Assembly (NCBI GenBank): GCA_038213805.1
Contig: JBBQSO010000011.1
Span: 24,689 to 88,688, forward strand
Source of the DNA: Planctomycetota bacterium
GTDB taxonomy: Bacteria; Planctomycetota; UBA11346
Direction of reading: 5' to 3'
DNA length: 64,000 nucleotides
The notes beneath the pieces are model-generated. The model did not search any database. It was not told the origin of the DNA and saw only the letters and a program-made list of their open reading frames with translations. The position numbers were made by a program, and so were the translations under genes. Position 1 is the stretch's first letter, and each line of letters starts with the position of its first letter. Positions 1 to 8,600 of this stretch are shown here, one piece after another.

Positions 1-678
1 CGCCGGGTCGATCGCGGTGAAATCCGTGGCCGCGTAGGGGCTGCCGAAGCGCCCGTAGCGCGCATAGGTGGTTGGCGTGGGGTTGACCGGCAGCAGATGG
101 ATGATGCGGCAGCCGAGGGTGTCGATGATGTGCGGCAGCTGTTGGGTGAGGTCGCGCAGCGTGCCCGAGGGCGGGATCGCCGACCAGCCGTGGCGGTCGA
201 AGGCGGCGAGCTGGTCGTCGAGCAGGCCGTGGCGCGTGGCGCTCTGCCGGCGCGACTCGCCGAAGGCGCGCACGAAGGCGCAGTAGATGGTGTTGGCGGT
301 GCGATGACTGTCGGGATGCACCGACATGCCGACGTCGCCACCATCCGGCCAGTGCTGCTGCCCGCGCTCGTCGACCGCGTAGGCCTTTGCGCGGAAGAAG
401 CCGACGTCGGCCAGGGGCAGCTCGATCGCCCAGCCGCCCGCGGCATCGCGCTGCAGGGGGATGTCATGCCACGAGGCCCCGGCGAAGGCCTGCCCGCTGC
501 CGAGCGCCGCGACCACTTCATCGCGCGCCGCCGCTGCCCGTCCCAAATCCGTGCGCAGCAGGGCCCGCCAGCCCGTTGGGATTGCACCCTCGGGCAGGGC
601 CAGGGCGAAGCGCACCCGGTCGCCGATGAACCCAAGCAGGCGGTCGCCAGGAGCGGGGGTCATGATCGGCTGCGGCAT
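1..678 (-). CDS. Glycogen-debranching/alpha-amylase (GH13-like) protein, N-terminal part (runs off the window start)
   Basis: Not in the ORF track because it has no stop in the window. Hand translation from ATG 678 (AGGAG upstream) gives MPQPIMTPAPGDRLLGFIGD...IPPSGTLRDL...LGCRIIHLLPVNPTPTTYARYGRFGSPYAATDFTAIDPA, the GH13-type LLP..P / SPYA..DF..IDP region. Confidence 0.75.
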   Translation of the reverse strand, partial: MPQPIMTPAPGDRLLGFIGDRVRFALALPEGAIPTGWRALLRTDLGRAAAARDEVVAALGSGQAFAGASWHDIPLQRDAAGGWAIELPLADVGFFRAKAYAVDERGQQHWPDGGDVGMSVHPDSHRTANTIYCAFVRAFGESRRQSATRHGLLDDQLAAFDRHGWSAIPPSGTLRDLTQQLPHIIDTLGCRIIHLLPVNPTPTTYARYGRFGSPYAATDFTAIDPA

Positions 679-756
679 GCGCGTGGCTCCTGGGGTGGGG
701 GCTGGGCCCGCACCTCAGTTTGCACCCTTCGGGGGGGCTCGGCAAGGCTGCGGGGA

Positions 757-2433
757 TCAACCCCCTGATGGGGCTGGCGCCGGGGAGGGGACCGGGGCGA
801 CCGCGACCACGCCCTGACGCCGGCCACCGGCGGCGGCGGCCGCGTCGAAGGCGTCCTTGAGGGCGAGGCGCAGGGCGGTGGCCACGGCCTCGTGGCGCCC
901 GGGCTTGACGCGCACGGCCATGCGCGCGGTGAGCGCGGCGCCGCCCAGGGCGGCGATGCCCGTGACCTCCGGCTCGCCGGTGACGTCGGGGTTGGCGGCG
1001 CGCAGCGCGGTGCCGACCTGCTGCATGGTGGCGAACACCGCGCGCACGTCCTGGTCATAGGCCACTTCGACCGCCACCACCGCCTTCACATAATCCTTGG
1101 AATAGTTGACCACCTGCTTGACGTCGCCGTTGCGCACGATGCAGAGACGGCCGTCCTCACTGCGGATGCGCGTGGTGCGGAACTCGATCGCCTCGACCGT
1201 GCCCGAGGCCCCGGCGGCGTCGACCACGTCGCCGACCATGTAGATGTTCTCGAAGAGGATGAAGAAGCCTGAGACCACGTCGGTGATCAGCGACTGGGTG
1301 CCGAAGCCGACCACCACCCCCAGCACACCGGCACCCGCCAGGAAGGGCCCCGGGTTGAAGCCTAGCGCCGACAGGATCATCACGAACATGCCGAAGTAGC
1401 AGATGTACCCGAACACGCTGCGCACCAGCGGCACGATGGTTGCTCGGCGGCGGCGCTCGTGTTCGCCCAGACCGGCCGCATGGAGCATGTTGCGGTCGAT
1501 GAACAGGAAGCCGACCTCGATCAGCACGCGGCCCAGGAAGAGGATGCCGATCGCCTGGATGATGCGCGGTCCGTAGATCGCGAGGTCGGCGAACGGCGGC
1601 AGCTGCTTCAGCACCAGCGCGGCGATCGCGGTCCACAGCGCGTACTCCAGGCAGCGGCGCAGCAATGGGATGAGCGGGCGCAGGCGCTCGTAGTAGACCA
1701 GCCACTCGCGTCCCTGCGCGTAGTGCAGGCTGAGGCCGTCGAGGGTGGCGACGATCACCGCCGAGGCGCGGATGATCAGGACGCCGACCGCGATGATCAG
1801 GTAGATCCGCACCGCGACCGCGAGCACGTCCCCGACCGCGGACGGCAGCGGCAGCAGGCGCGCGGCGAACACCACCACCAGCAGCCATGCCGTCGTAGCG
1901 ATGACGCGATCGAGACCGGTGAAGAACGCGGCCAGGCTGCGGTCGTTGTCGGCGAGCCGGTCCCAGCGGTTGCAGGCGGTCTGCAGGTGCGCGAGCAGAC
2001 TGCGCAGCACGCGCGTCGCGATCGCAACGCCGACGGCGACGGCGACGATCTCGGCGACGGCGATGGCGAGCGCGCGCCAGGTCTCGGCGCTGACGTCGAG
2101 CAGCGCATCACGCGTCCACACCCAGGGGTGCTCCTCCTCCTGGAGCAGCCAGCCGTTCCACGCGCAGATCGCCAGGCACACCAGCAGGCCCCCCAGCCAC
2201 GCCACCGCGCGCACCAGCCCGCGCAGGTGCAGGGCGGTAGCCGCGATGGTCGCGTTGCGGTGCCTGGCGATGCGGTTCAGCACCACGGCGACCAGCGCAT
2301 AGCACGTGACGATCACCACGATCGCCGCCAGGCACTCGCCACCGGCGACAGTGAAGAAGGCGGTGAGCGGTGCGGCGATCAGGTCGGGCGGGCCGCCATG
2401 CGGGGACGTGGGCATGGGTGGCGGTTTAGCCAA
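757..2433 (-). CDS. mscS: MscS-family mechanosensitive channel with extended N-terminal TM region
   Basis: FLAGAGVLGVVVGFGTQSLITDVVSGFFILFENIYMVGD and GTVEAIEFRTTRIR motifs. The start may instead be the ATG at 2415. Confidence 0.9.
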   Translation of the reverse strand: MAKPPPMPTSPHGGPPDLIAAPLTAFFTVAGGECLAAIVVIVTCYALVAVVLNRIARHRNATIAATALHLRGLVRAVAWLGGLLVCLAICAWNGWLLQEEEHPWVWTRDALLDVSAETWRALAIAVAEIVAVAVGVAIATRVLRSLLAHLQTACNRWDRLADNDRSLAAFFTGLDRVIATTAWLLVVVFAARLLPLPSAVGDVLAVAVRIYLIIAVGVLIIRASAVIVATLDGLSLHYAQGREWLVYYERLRPLIPLLRRCLEYALWTAIAALVLKQLPPFADLAIYGPRIIQAIGILFLGRVLIEVGFLFIDRNMLHAAGLGEHERRRRATIVPLVRSVFGYICYFGMFVMILSALGFNPGPFLAGAGVLGVVVGFGTQSLITDVVSGFFILFENIYMVGDVVDAAGASGTVEAIEFRTTRIRSEDGRLCIVRNGDVKQVVNYSKDYVKAVVAVEVAYDQDVRAVFATMQQVGTALRAANPDVTGEPEVTGIAALGGAALTARMAVRVKPGRHEAVATALRLALKDAFDAAAAAGGRRQGVVAVAPVPSPAPAPSGG

Positions 2434-2553
2434 GGCCGGAAGAGAGGCCAGCGGAATGGCGCAAAAGAGCCGGATAAATCTGCAACATATATTGGCTTGG
2501 TGTACGCGGATCCAGGCGTGAGAGCCGCCTGTTCTGGCCCATGGTCAACCGAC

Positions 2554-4962
2554 TCAGGCTTCCGGCAACCACAGCCTGAAGCACGCTCCGTCCGGACACG
2601 GCACGACCTCCAGGCGGCCGCCGAGCTGGCGCGCCAGGCGGCGGCTGAGCGCCAGTCCGAGGCCCACGCCGGGGGCGGTGCGCGCGGCCTCGTGCGCAGA
2701 TTTGGCGAAGGGCGTGAACAGGCGGCGGGCGACGTCGGCGGGAATGCCCGGGCCATGGTCGCGCACGCAAAAGGCGATGCCGCCGCCTTCGGCGCTCACC
2801 GCCAGATGCAGGCGGCGGTCGGTGGCGGCAGGCGCGGCGTACTTGGCGGCGTTGTCGACAAGGTTGAAGAGGATGCGCTCGACCGCCGCCGGGTCGGCGC
2901 GCACGGCGCACTCCAGGGCATCGCCAGTGCGCTCCGTGACCAAGTCGAGCCCGACCTGGCGGGCGCGGTCGGCGAGGCGCGCGCAGGCGGTGCTCAGCAG
3001 ATCTGCGACCACGACCGGATCTGCGGGGATGACCTGCGCGCGCTCCAGGCGCGCATAGGCGAGGACGTTCTCGACCAAGTGGGCGAGGCGATCGGCCTCG
3101 CTGCGCAGGGTGTCGAGGCAGCGCTGGCGCTCGGCTGGGTCCGGCACCATGCCGCCGCCCAGGAGGTCGGCGTAAAGGCGGCAGGTGGTGAGCGGGGTGC
3201 GCAGCTCGTGGGTGACCGCCGAGACGAAGGCTCCGCGCCGCTCGGAAAGATCGAGAGCACCGAGCAGCAGCGTCGCCCCGGCCACAGTGGCAAGGCCGAC
3301 GCAGACCCACGCCACCACCAGCGTCAGAGTCAGCGCCGCGCGCGGGCTGTCGTGGTAATCGGGCAGACCATCGCCGGGCTCAAGCCGCACCGGCAGGGTG
3401 GCGAGGCGCTGCCGCCAGTCGTCGCCCTCGTTGGCGTCTGGCAGCAGTTGCGCGTCCGGCAGCAGGTCTTTGACGCTCTCGAGCAGCTGGGCGCGGATGC
3501 GCGGCCAGTCCAGCCAGCAGCCCTGGATATGCTCGGTGCCGTCGACGGTGACGCGGCGCGCGAGCAACAGCGTGTCGCCGAGCCACAGCGGGCGCATGAT
3601 CTCGGCGCGCAGCGAGGTCGCTGGACCAGGCGACGGCTCGACTTCAGTCGGGACCGGTGGCGCGGCCGTGGCCGGCGCCGCGGCGACCGCGCGTGCGGCG
3701 TCTGCTGCCGGCACAGAGGCGGAAGAAGCGGATGGCGTGGTGCTGAGCACCAGCGTCGACTCGACATGCTGCTGCAGGGTCTGGCCGCCGGCCGGCGCGG
3801 CGGCGTTGGCCGCCTTATTCTCGGGGGCCTCACGGTTGTCAGCGGCGTTGTAGTAGCTCTTGAGGCGCGCCTGCTGCTCCTTCGCGCTGCGCCCGCCTAA
3901 CGAGCTCGTGCTTTCCGCCTGGACCTCGGGAGCCTGCTCATCCTTGAGGGACTGCTGCTCCTGCTGCTGCGTGAGGTCCTGCTGCTTCTGGTCCCGAAAC
4001 CGGTTTGAGCGGTCGCCCTTCGACCCCTTGGTCGCGACCGGTGGCGCGGCGGTATCCGCCCGGTCCGCTGCGGTCACTGTCTTTCCGCCGACCCGATCGT
4101 CGACGCGCCTGGGCGGCGCCGGTGCCGCTGAAGCCTGTGCGCCTCCTGGCACCGTATCCTCGGCGGTCCCGGCCTTGCGCAGGCGTGCCTCGTCCGCGTC
4201 CGCGGCGGCTGGTGGCGTTGATGCCAGCGGCGCGGCTTGCGCTGGGGCCGGGGCCGGTTGCGTGGTCGATACGGGCGCCGGTGCGGCCGGGCTTGGCGCC
4301 GCGGCGCCGGGCAGGGCCACCGTGACCTTGGCCGGGGCGGTCCCAGGGGCGGCGGCGAAGCCAAATGCGCCATCATCCTTGCTCATGTCGACGCTGGCGC
4401 ACATCGTCAGGCTGCGCTCCCGGGTGGCTTCGGCCAGGCCACTGGCGAGGTGGTCGAGCGCGCTCATCAGGCGCGGCCGGTCGACCAGCGCGCCGAGCTG
4501 GGCGAGGCGCGTTTCGGCCCGCAGGATGCCGGCGTGGTCGACGAAGCCCTGTTCGGCGAGCGCGCGCTGGTTGCCGACCGGCACCTGCGGTGAGCTCAGC
4601 GTGCCGCGCGGCGAGACCTGAAAGTGCAGCAGCACCTCTGGCTGCTCAAGGCCAAGCAGCGGCGAGGGCAGCACCACGTCGCCGCGCCTGACCGGTGCGA
4701 ACAGGCGGCTGTAGGCGCGTTCCGCGGGGGCGAAGGCGGAGTAGGCGCCGTACGGGCGCGCCGCCTCGCGCGCGATCAGCGGGGTGAGCAGCGAGTCCAT
4801 GCGCCACAGCGCCAGGCGCGCACTCTCTTCGCGGAAGGCCTGGCGGCGGTCGGCGGCGGCGCTGCGTTCCAGCGCGCGCGCGGTGATGGTGACCCAGCTG
4901 ACCGCGGCGATGATCATCGCCACGCCCGCGGCGAAGCCGGCGAACCACCACGCCTTCCTCAT
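2554..4962 (-). CDS. Membrane sensor histidine kinase with a large extracytoplasmic region containing an Ala/Pro/Gln-rich insert
   Basis: Two TM segments; H-box THELRTPL; N-box NLVDNAAKY; G1 DHGPG; G2 GVGLGL. Confidence 0.93.
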   Translation of the reverse strand: MRKAWWFAGFAAGVAMIIAAVSWVTITARALERSAAADRRQAFREESARLALWRMDSLLTPLIAREAARPYGAYSAFAPAERAYSRLFAPVRRGDVVLPSPLLGLEQPEVLLHFQVSPRGTLSSPQVPVGNQRALAEQGFVDHAGILRAETRLAQLGALVDRPRLMSALDHLASGLAEATRERSLTMCASVDMSKDDGAFGFAAAPGTAPAKVTVALPGAAAPSPAAPAPVSTTQPAPAPAQAAPLASTPPAAADADEARLRKAGTAEDTVPGGAQASAAPAPPRRVDDRVGGKTVTAADRADTAAPPVATKGSKGDRSNRFRDQKQQDLTQQQEQQSLKDEQAPEVQAESTSSLGGRSAKEQQARLKSYYNAADNREAPENKAANAAAPAGGQTLQQHVESTLVLSTTPSASSASVPAADAARAVAAAPATAAPPVPTEVEPSPGPATSLRAEIMRPLWLGDTLLLARRVTVDGTEHIQGCWLDWPRIRAQLLESVKDLLPDAQLLPDANEGDDWRQRLATLPVRLEPGDGLPDYHDSPRAALTLTLVVAWVCVGLATVAGATLLLGALDLSERRGAFVSAVTHELRTPLTTCRLYADLLGGGMVPDPAERQRCLDTLRSEADRLAHLVENVLAYARLERAQVIPADPVVVADLLSTACARLADRARQVGLDLVTERTGDALECAVRADPAAVERILFNLVDNAAKYAAPAATDRRLHLAVSAEGGGIAFCVRDHGPGIPADVARRLFTPFAKSAHEAARTAPGVGLGLALSRRLARQLGGRLEVVPCPDGACFRLWLPEA

Positions 4963-4972
4963 GGCGATCCGC

Positions 4973-5680
4973 TCACGGCGCCGCCGAGGGCTGGGCGAGC
5001 ATGTAGCCGGTGCCGCGCACGGTCAGCAGCACCTTGGGCTCCGCGGAATCGTCACGCAGCTTCTCGCGCAGGCGCGCCACCTGCATGTCGATGGCGCGCG
5101 TGCTCAGGCCCTGCGGATCGAGGCGCCAGACGCGGGTGAGGATCTCGGCGCGCGAGATCGCCCGCCCGGGGTTGCGCGCCAGGTAGGCGAGGAGTTCGGC
5201 CTCGCGCTGCGACAGTTCGGCGCGGCCGCCATCGGCGTAGCGCACCTCGCGGCGCGCGAAATCGGCGGTCCCGGCCGGCAGGGCGAGGTCCGCGGCGCCG
5301 CTGGCGCGTTCGGGCGAGCGGCGCAGCACCGCGGTGACGCGCGCCAGCAGCTCGCCGACGCTGAACGGCTTGACCACGTAGTCGTCGGCGCCCAGGGTCA
5401 GGCCCTTGACGCGGTCGCGCTCGTCGCCGCGCGCGGTCAGCACGATCACCGGCAGGGTCGGGCGGTGGACGCGGATCGCGGCCAGGATGTCCAGCCCGTC
5501 GGCGCCCGGCAGCACCAGATCGAGCAACACCAGATCGCATTCCGCGCGCTCGGCCAGGCGGCTGGCGGTCGGGCCGTCGCCCGCCTCGAGCGTGGTGTGC
5601 CCGGCGAAGCGCAGCGCGGTGACCACGCCATGGCGGATGGCGGCGTCGTCCTCGATGACCAGGATGGTGCGGGCGGTCAT
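4973..5680 (-). CDS. OmpR/PhoB-family response regulator
   Basis: ILVIEDD, DLVLLDLVLP, GADDYVVKPF, winged-helix TVRGTGY. Start trimmed to MTARTILV (ATG 5680). Confidence 0.93.
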   Translation of the reverse strand: MTARTILVIEDDAAIRHGVVTALRFAGHTTLEAGDGPTASRLAERAECDLVLLDLVLPGADGLDILAAIRVHRPTLPVIVLTARGDERDRVKGLTLGADDYVVKPFSVGELLARVTAVLRRSPERASGAADLALPAGTADFARREVRYADGGRAELSQREAELLAYLARNPGRAISRAEILTRVWRLDPQGLSTRAIDMQVARLREKLRDDSAEPKVLLTVRGTGYMLAQPSAAP

Positions 5681-5688
5681 GGGGAAAC

Positions 5689-5723
5689 GTCCGGGGTCCG
5701 AGGTCCAATGTCCGGGATCCGAC
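5689..5723. repeat. Degenerate tandem heptamer array (GTCCGGG-like x5)
   Basis: gtccggg gtccgag gtccaat gtccggg atccgac, read directly between the VIT gene and the regulator. Confidence 0.7.
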
Positions 5724-5837
5724 GGCGGATGGTAACCCGCTCGCAGGCGTCGACCAGCGTCCTCCGTCCAAGGCGATCCGCCACCTCGTGCGTGGCTTCG
5801 GTCACAGGATTTCTGACTGCGCACAACGGACATGCCG

Positions 5838-8015
5838 TCACCGCATCTCCATGATCAGCACCACCTCGCCATCGACCACCAGCGTGAGGTCGCCCGGCAG
5901 CGCCAGGCAGGCGTGCCGGTGCTCGCGCTGCAGGCGGGCGAGCAGCGCGGTGAATTCCGGGGTGCCGCGCAGGATGGTGCGGGTGGGCGCGGCGGCGCCG
6001 GCGCGTCCGTCGACCCAGCCGCCGGCGCGGCGGTAGAAGGCGAGGTCGCCGACCTGCTGGATGGCGTCGCAATCGACCACCTTGTCGGTGGCGGCGTCGT
6101 AGAGGCCGTTGCGGACGTTGACGCAGGCCGCCTCGCGCATCGCTTTGGCGTTGACGCTCTGGCCCACCGACCCGGCGCTGGCGCGGTCCTCCAGGGCTTC
6201 CTTGCGGAACACCGGCGCGGCCGCGGCGCTGGCGGCCGGGGCGGCGAGCGGACCGCTCTCGCGGGCGAGGAATGCGGTGTAAGGGGTGAGGATGCCATAG
6301 CGCGTCGACAGACGCACGACCTCGTCGCTGAGTTCCTTCAGGCTCTCGCCGCCATGGCCGCCGTCGGCGCCGAGCGCGCGGATGGCGTCGATCAGCACGG
6401 CGATGCGGCGGCTCGCCCATAGGCGCGGCACGAAGGCGTTGGCGGCGCTGGCCTTTGCGAGGGAGAACGTGAAGCGCAGCTGGCGCGGCGCACCGGCGTG
6501 CGTGCCGGAAAGGGTCAGCGTCAGCGGCGCGTTGCCGACGTAGCGGCCGAGCACCACCAGCTGGTCGCCGGCGAACAGATCGGGCAGCGGTCCGGGCAGG
6601 ATGTCGCTGATCCGGCCGCTGACCGGGCCGCCTTGGGCATCGGTGGCGATCAGCTGCGGGCTGGTCAGGTCCGGCACGCCCAGTCTGCCAAATACCGTCG
6701 CCGCTGCGATCTCGACGTCGCTGCCGCTCGGTGCATAGGTGGGCACGGCGCGGCTGGCCAGCGCCAGGGCGTCGAGCAGCGGCGCGTTGACGTCGCCGCC
6801 CACGCCCAGGGTGAAGATGCGGCGATGGCTGGCATCGCCGCTGACCAGCGCGCGGATGGCGCGCTCGCTGGTCTGACCGATGGTCGGGCGGCCGTCGGTC
6901 AGGAACAGCACCAGCGGCAGCGTCCCGGGCAGCGGCGCCGGCAGGAGCGCAGCCTCCAGCGCAGCGTGGATGTTGGTGCCGCCCTGCGCCAGCAGGCTGG
7001 CGATCCAGGCGCGCGCGGCGCGTTCGCTGTCAGGGCTCTTGGCCACCGGTGCAGGCGCGAACAGGTCGACGCCCTCGTTGTAGGCGATCAGGTTGAAACG
7101 GTCGCCGCTGCCCAGGCCGGCGACGATCTGGTTGGCGGCGGCACGCACCTGGGCGATCTTCTCGCCATTCATGCTGCCCGAGCGGTCGATGACCAGGGTC
7201 AGCTCGCGCGGCATCGGCGCGCCGCCGGCGCTGCGCGGGATGCCGGCGAGGAGCAGGAAGGTGCCGCGGTCCGGCGCCTCGGGACCGTCCGGGCAGGCGA
7301 GCAGCGAGGCGGTGACCTGGTCGCCGCCAAGCAGGTAGCTGAAGCGGAAGCTGCCCGGCGCCGTGGTCGCGATGGTGAAGGTGCGCGTGTTGGGCAGGGA
7401 ATAGGGGGCCGCCGTCAAGGCATGGCTCGGTGACCACACCGTGGCGATCGGCGCGCTGGCGCGCAGCACGCCGTGGATGGTCCATGGCACGCAGTAGCCG
7501 AGCGCCTCGCTGCGCGGCAGCACATAGTCGATGCGGTGGCCGTCCGCCGCCAGCACCTGCTCAAGGTCGAGGCTGACGCGCTGGCGCCCATGCGCGGCCA
7601 CCGGGAAGATGCTGGAGCGCACCAGCGCGGTGCCGGCGAACTCGAGCAGCGCCGGATCGCGCAGCCGCGCGACGATGCCGGCGTAGATGCCGTCCGCCTC
7701 GGCCACCGGCAGGACCTCGGCGCTGCCCAGGCCGGCGGCGGCGAAGCCGCGCACCAGCGCGCCCTCGGGCACCGGCAGCAGCAGGCGCGCCTCCTGCGGC
7801 TGGTCGGCGTCGTTGACCAGGTCGATGACCAGCCGCGTGGTCGCGACCTGTTCCTCGACGGTGATGTCGGCGGCCACCGCGCTGACCCGCACCGCCTGCC
7901 CGGCGAACGGCCGCGCCCCCGGGATGACGGGCTGCCACTCCACCGCCGCCGCGTGCAGCGTCGCGGTGGCCAGGCAGCACAGAACGGCGAGGGCGGTCAG
8001 GCGGAAGATGGGCAT
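5838..8015 (-). CDS. Secreted VIT + von Willebrand A domain protein
   Basis: Signal peptide; VIT-like region (EARLLLPVPEGA, RDPALLEFAG); MIDAS IDRSGSM, GGTNI, FLTDG; LWASRRI; YGILTPYTAF; GGAGG RBS at 8021-8025. Confidence 0.9.
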   Translation of the reverse strand: MPIFRLTALAVLCCLATATLHAAAVEWQPVIPGARPFAGQAVRVSAVAADITVEEQVATTRLVIDLVNDADQPQEARLLLPVPEGALVRGFAAAGLGSAEVLPVAEADGIYAGIVARLRDPALLEFAGTALVRSSIFPVAAHGRQRVSLDLEQVLAADGHRIDYVLPRSEALGYCVPWTIHGVLRASAPIATVWSPSHALTAAPYSLPNTRTFTIATTAPGSFRFSYLLGGDQVTASLLACPDGPEAPDRGTFLLLAGIPRSAGGAPMPRELTLVIDRSGSMNGEKIAQVRAAANQIVAGLGSGDRFNLIAYNEGVDLFAPAPVAKSPDSERAARAWIASLLAQGGTNIHAALEAALLPAPLPGTLPLVLFLTDGRPTIGQTSERAIRALVSGDASHRRIFTLGVGGDVNAPLLDALALASRAVPTYAPSGSDVEIAAATVFGRLGVPDLTSPQLIATDAQGGPVSGRISDILPGPLPDLFAGDQLVVLGRYVGNAPLTLTLSGTHAGAPRQLRFTFSLAKASAANAFVPRLWASRRIAVLIDAIRALGADGGHGGESLKELSDEVVRLSTRYGILTPYTAFLARESGPLAAPAASAAAAPVFRKEALEDRASAGSVGQSVNAKAMREAACVNVRNGLYDAATDKVVDCDAIQQVGDLAFYRRAGGWVDGRAGAAAPTRTILRGTPEFTALLARLQREHRHACLALPGDLTLVVDGEVVLIMEMR

Positions 8016-8063
8016 GGCGGCCTCCGAGTATGCCTGAAGGTGCCATGCGCGGCCAGCGGCTGT

Positions 8064-8079
8064 GTAACGCCTCGGTAAC
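8064..8079 (-). promoter_or_regulatory. Candidate OmpR/PhoB-type binding site, GTTAC-N6-GTTAC
   Basis: GTAAC at 8064-8068 and 8075-8079 (11-bp period), ~50 bp upstream of the VIT gene. Confidence 0.5.
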
Positions 8080-8117
8080 TCCTGCGCCGGCCTGCCGGCC
8101 AGGGCGGTGCGCCGGTG

Positions 8118-8516
8118 CTAACCGACTTCCGGACTTCCGGACTTCCGGACTTCCGGACCCTCCGCCTCATCGTACTTGCGATTCGATCCCTTGAACACCG
8201 CCACCGGGTACTTGGTGCGCGCCTTCTGCAGCTTGCGCGCGAAGGCGGTGGTCAGGTCGACGCCGCTGCGGTCGGCGAGACGGATGAGCAGGGTGAAGAC
8301 ATCAGCGAGCTCGTCAGCCCAGTCCTCCTCCTTGCCGGGCGGCACGGGCGGCTGGGTGTCGCCCTGCCAGCGCACGATCTCCGCGGCCTCGCCGACCTCG
8401 CCCATCAGCGCGAGCAGCAGGTTGCGTGGCGAGTGGAATTGCGCCCAGTCGCGTTCATCGGCAAAGGCGGCCACCTCGCGGCGGATGTCCTCGAGGTTGC
8501 GGTCGGCGAATGGCAT
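8118..8516 (-). CDS. MazG-like nucleotide pyrophosphohydrolase (dCTPase type)
   Basis: FADERDWAQFHSPRNLLLALMGEVGE, DELADV, KYP. Confidence 0.9.
   Translation of the reverse strand: MPFADRNLEDIRREVAAFADERDWAQFHSPRNLLLALMGEVGEAAEIVRWQGDTQPPVPPGKEEDWADELADVFTLLIRLADRSGVDLTTAFARKLQKARTKYPVAVFKGSNRKYDEAEGPEVRKSGSPEVG
8124..8155. repeat. Tandem octamer (GACTTCCG)x4 inside the 3' end of the MazG-like gene
   Basis: Four perfect copies plus a partial fifth; encodes the tail PEVRKSGSPEVG. Confidence 0.9.
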
Positions 8517-8600
8517 GCACATCTCGCGGGTGGAGCCGCGAGCATGTGCGGCGCCGCGGACGCGGGAAGCGGCGAGCGCCGCGCTGCCGTGTAACGCCGC

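Noticed and set aside
1459..3900. 813-aa plus-strand ORF, and many similar long antisense ORFs (e.g. 18881-21157, 51968-53665)
   Set aside because: Shadow frames of well-supported opposite-strand genes; expected at this GC content and carrying no motifs.
8124..8155. Short repeats as a possible CRISPR array
   Set aside because: 8-bp tandem units with no spacers, and no cas genes in the window.
8118..8516. MazG-like gene as part of an anti-phage or toxin-antitoxin system
   Set aside because: No toxin, nuclease or other defence gene nearby; it fits a housecleaning pyrophosphatase.
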